This document shows, in pieces, positions 43,560 through 54,745 of a stretch of 64,000 nt of DNA. The notes under the pieces are model-generated. The model worked only from the letters and a program-made list of their open reading frames with translations. It ran no database searches and was not told the DNA's origin. How positions within the stretch are numbered: position 1 is the stretch's first letter; the number at the start of each line of letters is the position of its first letter. This stretch comes from Paramecium tetraurelia (Eukaryota), in contig CT868618.1 in the NCBI GenBank assembly GCA_000165425.1, forward strand, positions 124,001-188,000, read 5' to 3'. The position numbers were made by a program, and so were the translations under genes.

Positions 43560-46500
43560 TCATAATATTTAAAATCCAACATATGTTCTTAGTAGCCATT
43601 TTATTACTTCAGCTATAGTTAGCAAAAGCAAACAAAATGGAAGGCCTGCTGAACCTAATAATTCCCAAGGCATATTAACTGTCTAAAAAACCTATTAAAT
43701 TCCTGGAACATAAACAATAATTGGTAATATAATTAATGATATCGTTAATCCATATAAGGCTAAAGTATTAATTCGAGTAGAATTATAAGATTTAACTAGA
43801 GTTCTTAATGCAAAGTAATTGATACTATTATAAGTAATTATTTTTACCATTACGATAATACCAAGACTATATAGAAGGATGTCGATGCATATTCACTTGA
43901 TTTGGCAGTATAACAGTATTAAGAGTTGCTTAAACAATTAGGGTACTCATATTTTGTATTCCAGCAGTCAGTTAAATACCCATTTTGTTTTTACATATCT
44001 GAACAGGTGCCACATTCAACAAATATTAACCTCTGATCAATAGTATTATTAGGAGAACTCCATTGATAATTCTACATCTCACCATAATATTAGCAATTAT
44101 CCTGTAGATTTGAATTACCTAGAGTATTACTTTATGGATTATAAATATCTTGATCGCCAACAGGATAGGCACTAGCAAATCTTGTGAAATAGAGATTCTA
44201 TAAATTAAACCCAAAATAACGATAAGCACTGAAACTTGCCATAAGTCCTCCACCTGCCTCAATACAACCAATAATCAAAATAGCAAAGAGGAAGAGATTG
44301 GTTCTATTGGGAATTCTGTATTCTAACTCTTCTCTAGCTAAACTGATTCCAAGAATCAAATCAACGGAAATGCTAGTTAATAACATAAGGTTTTGTGAAA
44401 AGGGTAAGGGAGTTCCGAGAAAACAATAGACGAATAAAGCTAAGATCATGGCTGTATTTGATGATAAACAAAGCATAATAGATTTAGTAACATTATTGAC
44501 TGCTCTTTTTGCTTCCAATATTGCTTAATAGCTATCAAGAAAAGTTTATTTACTGGAAGTAAGGATCAAATCACTAGAATTGATAATCATTTGTAATGAT
44601 CCATGTTTTTTACTGATACTGATGTCAGCCTATCTAAATGCTCCTAAATCAGTTAATCCTTCTCCAGTGATGGCAACTCTATAATTTAATTGTTATAGAG
44701 CCTTGACAATGCTTAATTTCTGTTCTGGGGATGTTCGAGCAAATACGATTTCTTATTAGGAACACCAATTTCCTAATTTGTTTTCAACAGAACTTAATCT
44801 AGTAACTTCCTATTGATCATCGACATGTAGATACAACTAATGACCTTCTATGATGGTTGGATTACTGTAATTCCCTGTATTTTTGCATATGACTCTTGCA
44901 GTTTCTGGGTGTTCTCCAGTGATGATCACGACCTTAATATTTTATTGTGATAGTTTCTCTAGGATAGGAGTAGCTTATTCATTGAGACTGTTGTTTAAAT
45001 ACAAAGTGCCTAAATAGATGAAGTTTTATTTGTTGAATTCATAATCATTTTCATTAATTTTCAAATCTTATTCGTTTTCAATTTCTAAATAAGCGAATCC
45101 TATGCTTCTAAGTCCCTTTGAACATTAATTCACTAATTAATCATTAAATAATTGAGTCTATTTGATATCAATCTTGCCAAATAGAGTCTTATTACAGTAA
45201 CTCCATATTACTTCAGGAGCTCCCTTGATGTAAACAAAATATTTGTTTCCCTATTCCACAATAGATAATGAATATTTCTTGCTGCTATTGAATGGCAAAC
45301 GATATTGAATGCCATTCACATAGTATTTAGTATTTTTAATTAAACCATCAGTATCCTCATCTTTAAAACAATCCATTATGCTCTTTTCTGTTCCATCCAA
45401 ATTTCCATGATTACAAGTCAGTATTGCACAATACTGGAGGTGAACAGAGTTTAATCCACGACATTCATATGATAGTTACTTACAATCATTGAATGAATTG
45501 AATGTGTAATTCTTACTAGTGATTACTTCATTTAATCCAATACATAAACAATTGATTTCACTTAATCTCTCAATACTTTCAGCATCCTTAATCAAGAATC
45601 TAAGTTTGGCTAATCTTCTAATTGCCATTTAAAATGAGATCGTAACAATCACTAATAATCCAACTGGAACTATTGCAATGATCACTTATTCAACCACTCT
45701 AAATCCATATGCAAACACCTCAGATGTATCCTTTTCAGTCATAACGGCACTCCAAATTATTACCAATACTATCACAAATAATGCTATTAGAGTCATTATT
45801 TATTAGAACAAAATCAACTATTTCTGCAATAACTTACTCCCCTATCTCTTTTGAATTTAAGCAATCGTAGTACTTGATCCAGTCTTAATTACTACTCCCT
45901 TTCCAAATCCACATCTTATTAGTGATCCACAAAATATCTATGACCCTTTTATTGCTTAGGTTATATCTTGATTCATCTATATTTATAAATCCGAGGATTC
46001 CAATACTCTCATGTCACAATAGATTACTAGACCCTCCTTGATTACACAAATATCTCCTGAAACCAGATTCTGAATCAAAAGATGTTATATTTTCCCATCT
46101 CTGTATACAGTGATTGTTTATTCATTGTCTTTCTCTATTGCATACTAGGATTTCTTTCTTTGTTGATATCCCATCGCAAAAGTTATCGTTATTACTATTA
46201 ACAATAAACAAGATGTAATTATTTCTTCACCACTAAATTCAAGGTTGTTTTGACTTCCATAAATTGCTAAGCTTATCGAAATTATTGTTGCAATAATTAG
46301 ATCAAAGGCAAATAAATTCAATTCTTTTATAAACATTTTCCAATCACTTACATCGATTGCTTTTGATTATTATCTTTTCGATGCTTCCTCATTTGAAAGT
46401 CCAATACCAAAATTGGTTTTCAAAAGTCTCTCCAATTAATCCAAAGGACAAAAGTATTCCTGCATTTCTGTGTACTTCTCATACACACTTGGTGCCGGTC

Positions 46501-46645
46501 TCTCTATTTATTCTTCTTATTCAGCGTAATTTATACTCATTTAGAGTTTAGTCTGGATATCAGGTCCTTTCTCTAGAAACCTAAATTACTCACATTCCTA
46601 CCTAGGTTTGCATATCAGCATATCCTACATTTCGGAATCAGTCAT
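43560..46645 (-). CDS. P-type ATPase-like protein (P2C Na/K- or H/K-like fold) with degenerate catalytic motifs
   Basis: VYRDG, PFNSSKKY, KGAPE, IITGEHPETA, IVFARTSPEQKL, TGEGLTD and ~10 TM segments; DKTGTLT is replaced by GLNEVIT. Confidence 0.88.
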
Positions 46646-46999
46646 CTTCTATTTATTAACTAAAATATATTAAATTTTGGATTTTATATGGAACACAGAA
46701 GTATCTAAAATCAAAAGATTAATATTTATGTGATCATTCTTCAACAATTAACTAAATTTATGATGTATTACATTACAAATATCAATTATTGTAATGTATC
46801 ACAATACATAATCAAACTTCTAGTGTTATTTATTACAATTACAATAATACTGGCGTATTAAATTGAATAGATGTAATTATTTTACATATATTGTTTGGAT
46901 TTTTGATAAACAGAAACCATTTAAATAAGATCTATAATAGATAATATATGAAATATATTTAATGGGAGAAATAAAATAGTTTATTGATAACGATATTTT

Positions 47000-47717
47000 A
47001 AATTATCATTAAAATGGAAAAAAACTAAGATTAATAAGAAATAAGGCATCTTAGAATGCTGGTATTTAATAATAGGATATTAAATTACTCAAATAAATTA
47101 ATAAATTTCATTAATAGCTTTAGTAATATTCTGAATTTCATTTGATACATTTGAATAATCTTATTCTAATTTTAAAACTGTTTAGAACTATTTAAATATA
47201 TTTAATAAATCAGATTCCATCTTATCAATCTAAATAGTATTTAATAGAATTATACTTAATCTTTTTGATCTTCATATTCTGTTTATACGTCATGTAAAAC
47301 TCTAGTCAAGACTGTGCAGGCATCTTCAACAGATTTGATTCTTTCTTCTTTTTCAGTAAGATCATTCTAAATTTATTCAAATCTCTACGGTATAGCAACT
47401 AGAATCTGTTTGCCGGTGTCAGTTAATTCTGCAATCTATTATTACAAAGATTCAGGAATGACTGGAGTAATGCAAGTTAATTTGTGTATGACATCCTCTA
47501 GATTTAAAATTCTTTTTTCAAGTTCAAACAATTTATCATTACTATTTTGCTACAATTGCAACATTTCTAATTTATTAACCACAGACCACATTTGCTTGAA
47601 AGCAAGATCAAAAATTTCATAAGTTACATATTAGTCAGGACAAATAGTTTTGAGTTATTCAATTGATAATGATCCATCTGATGAATGGATTCTTTTGGTA
47701 TTTTTCTTTTAACTCAT
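47000..47717 (-). CDS. Hypothetical coiled-coil protein (3' end approximate)
   Basis: MSQKKNTKRIHSSDGSLSIEQLKTICPD...LFELEKRILNLEDV; 26-nt intron near 7232 kb-offset region 47229-47254. Confidence 0.55.
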
Positions 47718-47736
47718 AAATTGAATAATAAATTTT

Positions 47737-48459
47737 ATGGGAAATAATTGTTGTGAATGTTGTATAAAGAAAAATTAAAAAGATAATAACAATGACACAA
47801 ATGAAAAGGAAATTGAATAGACAGTGGATTATAAAATATAAAAAGGACCAACTCATATTAACGTTCTACATAAAAATCTACAGGCAAGTAATTGCATTGT
47901 ATATGTATCCTGTTGCGATGATAGAGGGAGAAACTCATAAAATTAATTACTCTAAAAAGTATTTAGATCAATAACGATTAGAATGAATAAGTTGCAGAAT
48001 AATTGTCGAGAAAGACAAATCAAATAGGGCAACTTAGTGAAGTAACAATAGGGAAAGTCTTTTTTTACTTTTTCGTATTACCATTATACTTGGGGGAAGA
48101 TCAGTAAGTTCTCCTATTAAAACAACAAATAAAACAATTGGCTTAAACTATTATGGACAAAAATTTGACTGAAATTGCAATCGAAGATATCGGAGTCTAA
48201 AGATTTGGCTATCCACGACAAGTAAGTGTAGATTAATTATTATAAGCTAGTAGCTAAATTGATCATCGAAACATTTGCCAGTCTATTACATAGGATGGTA
48301 AGCTTGAACAGGATAGATTTTATGATCAATGACTTAAAATCAAAATCATTGTTTGAAGAAGAAATTCAAGCCAGAAGGGAAATTTTAATAAAAGGGGATT
48401 CCTTATTGAAGATTGATTAGACAGATGAGAAATCACTAAAACAGCCTTTGATGGTTTGA
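47737..48459 (+). CDS. Macro-domain-like protein with N-terminal acylation motif
   Basis: MGNNCCECC; after two introns, INVLHKNL...TEIAIEDIGVQRFGYPRQLVAKLIIETF...LNRIDFMIND resembles the macro-domain C-terminal half (SIAFPAISTGxFGYP). Confidence 0.6.
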
Positions 48460-49289
48460 AATATATTATAAAACAATTAGTTTTTATTAATTATTTAATA
48501 ATTAAAATACTACATGCATAATAGAGAGTAGCTTTGAAAGATAATAAACAGTAAGTGCTAATTAAGGTTGCATAAAGAATCAAGAGATGAAGAAATCTTG
48601 GAATATAAAGATTTCTCTAACTATTAGATGATATTTCTAATTTATTCAGAAGTTTTTAATTGAGAATGAATACGCAATATCTTTTTATTGGAATTATTGA
48701 TTTGCTCTTTTTCTGCAGTATATTAGAATTAAGGGATAGAATTTTCAAAATTTTGGATTCAAAATTTATCTTAAATTGCTAGTTTCAAATAAGGGATGTA
48801 AGGAGTTGAAATTATTTATACTCCATTGAGTTCTATAGGAATATCTATTTTTAATAAGTTAAATAGTTTTACACTTTACATAAGATAAATATTTTTATGA
48901 TTTCATGATTATAAATTGGCAAGCTTGCAGAATAAGACCATCAAATAACCTAAATTAACTTATAACTCAATTGAATAAAGAGATTCAATTGGTTTGATTA
49001 GAGATACTTATGGTGGTACAACTCCATTAAGTCCAAATCTTATAAATTTTATATCATTAATTTAGATTTCTAACTGGTGTGATAGCATCCAATTTTCCAC
49101 ATAGAACAATTCCTAATGAATTTGTAAATATTCCATAAGGGGACTGTGAAAAAAAAAGATGGAAAATGGGTTATAATAGTTTGAATCAATTTCAATTAAT
49201 CGGTATATATCGTTTCGAATTGTGAGAGAAAGGATTCTTGAAAATCAAATTTTATGCATAAAAATATTATAAAAAATACATTAATTTTA

Positions 49290-50502
49290 ATGCACAATTA
49301 CCAAGATAATAGTTAAAAACTCTTTTATGAATTGTGGAAAACTGGTAACAGAGTGTTGTGTTAAGGAAAGATATTGGTTGGGTAAATAGTAATTTTATCA
49401 AAAGTTCCGAAAATCATAAATTTATTGCCTCTCTTGTTCTAATCACAATACCCACAGTTCTGTATTATGTGTTTATGGCACCAGTAATAAAGTATTAATA
49501 CTTAGGCATTGGTTCAAAGAGACCAAGTTGTTTAGGTGGTTATTTTTGCAATTCTGAATTGCCTTGTTTATATTTTGATCACAATTACAGTTCTAATGGA
49601 TCCAGGAATCATCCCTAAAATAGTACTTATTGAAATATTAGCAGACAACAAATTATGAAATGGATGAATAGCTAATTTTAATTCCTTAAAAATATTTAAA
49701 AGTTGATCCTTAAGTATTATTTGAATCAAAAACCCTATAAGTGAAGGGGCATCAATTTAAATTGAAGTTTTGTAACACTTGTAATAACGAAATTAATAAT
49801 TTCTAGGTGCAATATATAGACCCCCTCGAGCTTCACATTGTCCTGCATGTGATAATTGTGTGTTGAGATTCGATCATCATTGTCCATGGGTAGGAGCATG
49901 TGTTGGAAGAAGGAACTATATTTATTTTTATCTTTTTATCTTCTTTCTCTCTGCTACCATGATTTATGTTTTTTCTACCTGTCTTGCATATATCTTTGGA
50001 GATATGGACGATGACAAGGATAAAGGGGAACAGATAATCTCAACATTATCGAGAAACCCATATTCATTAGCCTTAGCAATATATTGTTTCGTTGTAAATT
50101 AATAAGAATTAACCAGTTTTCATTTTTTGTTGTCGGCTTGTGGGGATTCCATACATTTTTAGTTATAACTAATATGACGACGAATGAGTATCTAAAGAAA
50201 CATTGGGTTATTCAAAGTAAGAATCCATTCAGAAGGTAATGCAAATATCAATAGAATAGAAAGAATATCTTTAAAAATATATAACATGTCCTAGCTTGTA
50301 TTAGAGATGTCAAGTTTTTAGAGCTCCGCTAATTTGTATTCGATCCCAAAAGTTATAATTAGGTATTATCAAATTATTCAACAAGCCCATGACATAAAAT
50401 CAAATGAATGAAATTGAAAATTTAAATGCAGTTGAAGATAATCAAAACAATGTAGCCAGAAGATAGTCCAAGTAAACTGTTGATCATGTGGAAGAGCAAT
50501 GA
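49290..50502 (+). CDS. DHHC palmitoyl acyltransferase (ERF2/ZDHHC9-like)
   Basis: [55 protein letters not shown]; about 7 tiny introns. Confidence 0.95.
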
Positions 50503-50653
50503 ATATTCAAACTCTTAATATTTTAATCCATTTGAAAATCAATTCCTTTCTTTATTGAATTAAAGTATATGACACCAATATTCAATAATCTCATTTAATT
50601 TTTAATGTTTCGAGTAAATTGATAAATATAAGTGAATTATATCATTTATGTAA

Positions 50654-51797
50654 TCATGGTATCGAAGGCAATTTATATTAGTAAAGTAGCTAACCTTATT
50701 ATTGTTGAGCAGGAATTTAGCCGTTAAAAGATTACTAATACTATTTAATTACTCTGCCAACCCTTTTTCTATGACTTTCACTTGCAGTCTGTCGAAATAA
50801 TTTCTCTTATGTTTTGAAATCCTAATTTAACTATTGCCAATACCTTTGCAGTTTTAGGATCAAGCAGAGCAACATTTTGTGAAAAGTCAAGCGGTTATAC
50901 TTTTTTTAATCTCCATTTTGGACTTAGATTTGAACTCCCTTGAGTTATTTGAACTCCAAATTATTTGGCTAAAATTCCTTAAGCCCAATCAGATCCATAT
51001 GGATCTTTTTTCTAAGGATGAATAACTGTAGACTATTTTATTTAAAGAAAGATAACTTCTATTTGATCTCCCTTTTGGTTACTCTATTTTTTCCAATTTC
51101 TCCGTTTTCAAAGGTTTTTCCTGGATTTCTTGATTCCCTTAAGACAAATACTCCAAAATAGATAAAGGCTCACAAAGTTGTGCCACGAATAGCGAACTTT
51201 AAAAAAATATTTCATCCTTTTGCTGTTTCATAATTTAATTATTAAATTCCTAAAGATGAAGTCTGATAATCTTTGATAGAACTGAAGAATTATATTTGAT
51301 AATTAAATTCTTTAACGCAATACGTCTTATAATCTCTTTTCTTAAATATTTCTTTATTGAGTAAGAGGATTATAATATTTTACAAAATAAAAAAATGTTG
51401 TTTTATATTTTTCATATATTTATGTAATTAAAATAATAAGGATTTGTGTTTAATCTTATATTACCTTGAGCTATATTTAACTTATGCATTTAGAGATTAT
51501 TCTTTATTTCATCTCATAGATTTTCAAAAATTAGTTTTAGATTTTGTCTTGAACTTGAGATACTTGTTACTATCCATGGGTTCTTAACATTCTATGTAAA
51601 TTTAGCAATTCCATAATTGTATCATCAAATTCTAGTACTTTTCTTAATTGTTCCTATATAAGATTCTCTCAATTTAGTACTATGGTGTTAAAATTCTCAT
51701 CTTTTGAGTGTATTGTGTTTCTGGCGGTTTTGGGGGTTCCCATATTAAAATAATTTGAATTACATTGCTATGAGAAACTACTTATAAAATTAAGCAT
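50654..51797 (-). CDS. Hypothetical protein
   Basis: One frame can be assembled with 27-, 32-, 31- and 22-nt GT-AG introns; start may instead be the ATG at 51743. Confidence 0.5.
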
Positions 51798-51812
51798 GTA
51801 TTTAAATAAAAT

Positions 51813-53018
51813 ATGTTCAATTATTCAACATCCTATTTTGCGAATTCCAATGAAAAAAACAACTAGTTGAAAGAGAAAATCTATAGTGCTCTTTATTAGT
51901 CTCCAAACACATCCTAGTATTATTTTTGTTATCCCAATTAGTGATGTTATGAAGTGGATTCCGAGCAATGATATTTCAAATCTCTCTGTGTCGATCGAAT
52001 AGGAAATCGATAAAATTCTATAGGTGGTGCCTCCCTTTCAATTTTAACCTAATAAACAGACCTCCTTTCAAAATTTTTAAACCTAACAATATGTTGATCG
52101 ACAACCTCTAACAAATTTGAATTCAAGTTAAACAAAGTATTCTGAAAACATTTGTGAACCTGAAGTACAACAAATCGAATATCCCTAAATGTAAAGCAAT
52201 TCGAAACAAATGAGAAGAGAACAACAACCTCCTTCGAAGTAGAATTAATACATTCAGGATTTGATAAATAGATATTAAGAACCTCCGAAAAATGCTTTTT
52301 AAGAAGATTACAATAATCCATCTAGCAATATTGAGGAGGAGTATGATGTCAATACTCAATAGTCAGTCACTAATAGAGATTCTCGAGATAAAGGAGGCTT
52401 AATTAAATAAGGAAAATACAAAAGTAATGAATTTTCTAAGTTGACTGAACAATAAACGTGTTTAAATTAAAGCGTTGGTAATTCCTTTATATTAGACACG
52501 TTAATTAGTGAAGAAACAATCAAATAAACAAATTCAGTAGAAGTTGAAAACTAACCCTTTAACACAAGTTAGAATTGGGCAAAGATGAAGATAAGAAAAG
52601 AGGCCAAATAAAACGAAAACTATAAAACACAAAACTTTTAAGATCTTCTATATTCCTTACCCTCCTTCTTCATTCATTAGACTGAGGGTGAAATAAAAGT
52701 TGACAAATTAAGAGCTTAAGATAATCAAGAAGGATAGTATTACCAATCCTTTGAACTTACTGTCAATCCATTCAAATTGATTGGACCAATTAATTTTAAA
52801 AAGCATCTTAAAATTGTAATTTACCATAATATACCAATTAGCATGTGAGATTCAAGAAAGGTTACTAGGGTGTAGTTTATTACGATCGACAATTGTAAAA
52901 TGTTATTCCACAAAATTAAGTTGATGGAATAACATTAAAAAATGAACCATTTTTGTTGGCAAATAATTCTGACAAACCCATTAAGGTGATTTGCTGCATA
53001 GTTGGAATTAAAAAATGA
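51813..53018 (+). CDS. Hypothetical protein with low-complexity middle and beta-rich C-terminal domain
   Basis: Two introns (~51917, ~52816); ends EPFLLANNSDKPIKVICCIVGIKK*. Confidence 0.65.
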
Positions 53019-53392
53019 TATTTATTAAATCTATAACTAATTTGATTTAGCTTTTATGAATATATTTACTTACTAGAAAAACGATTAATTTGATCTTTGC
53101 TTTTAAAAGTCATGGTGGTACTCCTAACCAAAATTTATCGATTTATATATGAAGATAGATATTTAATTTAAATAAATCTAAGGAGTGATCTTAAAAGCTT
53201 GAATTGAATTTTGAAAAGCCAAAATTATCTCGGATAATTGTAGAATTAGATATAATTTATGATTTCTTTTGGATTCAATAAATTATTTGAAATAGATAGT
53301 AAAGCCTATTGAATGATTATAAATAAGGAAAACTTAAACGAAAAGATTAATATGTTAGTGTAAAACGGATTTTATTGTTAATTATAATATAA

Positions 53393-54662
53393 ATGTAAAA
53401 ACCTTTGTTTCTTATATTGTTGATTGTGGGTTGTATGGCAACTGAATTTGATGATCAATTTGCAGAACTTGAGGAAAGTTAATTTGGATAAACTATCTTA
53501 TAAACAATTTAGATGGAAATGTAAACAGATGATCCAGTTGTTTCTAATTTGGTGGATATTATGCAACATTTACAATAAACATTAGAAAGCGAGTAAAAAA
53601 GAGATGATGACAGGATTGTCAGATTCAAATAAAACTGTGATATTGCTTTAAGCTAATTGACAGAGATTATAAATACTAGTACAGTCTCATCACTTACATT
53701 GAAGAGTGACTTGGATTCATTGAATCCTCAAAAGGTCTAGGCTGTGGCTAGTTTGGAGAGAAAAAACTTAGAAATTGCAGATTTGAAGGCAGAATTAGAT
53801 TACTAAACATTGAAAAGACAAAAGGAATCAGCAACTTATCAAACAATATTGGATAACCTAGAATAAGCTCTGTTTGGTGTCAATTAAGTTAAGGGATACT
53901 TCAACAAATATTTAGATGTTTTAGTAAAGAACAGAAATAGATTCCAATAACCCTAACCTTCATTCTTACAAGAAGATGCGAGTTTTCAATACAATGATGA
54001 TGAAGTAGAAGAGGATATTGACACTAAGGGTATTTCATCATTTGCCCAAGTAGCTCAAAAGGTGAACAAATTGAAGCATCATGTATCAAATATAGATTCA
54101 TTTTCAGGTTCATTTGGAAGGTTACAAATCTATGATTGAAATCTTGAGTTAATTGGCTAGCCAAGCTTAAACATCAGCTGATGAACCAAGTCAATGTGAA
54201 GTGTTGACAAGAAAAGTGTTATCCATTCTTAAACAAATTGAGAGTTACATACAATCAGAAAGAATCAGAGAAGATCAAGCTGAGAATTTGAGATAAAGCT
54301 CATATGAAGACTTAAGAACTTTGTTATCTGACCAATTGGTTAAGGCTAATCAAGACAAAACCTATATGGAAGGTAAATTCAGCTTAATCTTTAGGATTGA
54401 TTGACTCATTGTCAAATAGAATTCAATAAGGTAAAAATGAGAAATTTGAAGTGGATTAGAAGATTACAACTAAATCAAAGGAAAAGGAAAATAGAGAAAA
54501 TGATTGTAGATTGAAGAGATAAGAGTATGAAACAGATACTGCAAGCAGGTTCTATTATGATCCTATTTATTTAGAATTAAATAAAGGAGATCTGTCGCAG
54601 TTGCTGTAGATCTAATTTCCTCGAAATTAGGCTAACTCAAGAGGAAATTGTTGGAAAAATGA
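53393..54662 (+). CDS. TMP: Trichocyst matrix protein (TMP/GRL-family precursor)
   Basis: Signal peptide, FGQTILQTIQMEM, SFLQ/SFAQ processing-type motifs, acidic heptads, single Cys residues; small introns. Confidence 0.8.
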
Positions 54663-54745
54663 TAAGAAATATCAAAAAATAATTATCATCTATTTTTATT
54701 TTATTAAAATAAGACTAATTCTTTTGTCATTTATAATTTTTATTA

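Noticed and set aside
48500..49280. Coding-looking fragments upstream of the DHHC gene
   Set aside because: The frames I tried are interrupted by TGA and no family is recognisable; at most a decayed relic.
51020..51470. Apparent ATGA stop/start overlap at ~51229 and frame breaks
   Set aside because: 31- and 32-nt GT-AG introns join the pieces into one gene, so no recoding is needed.
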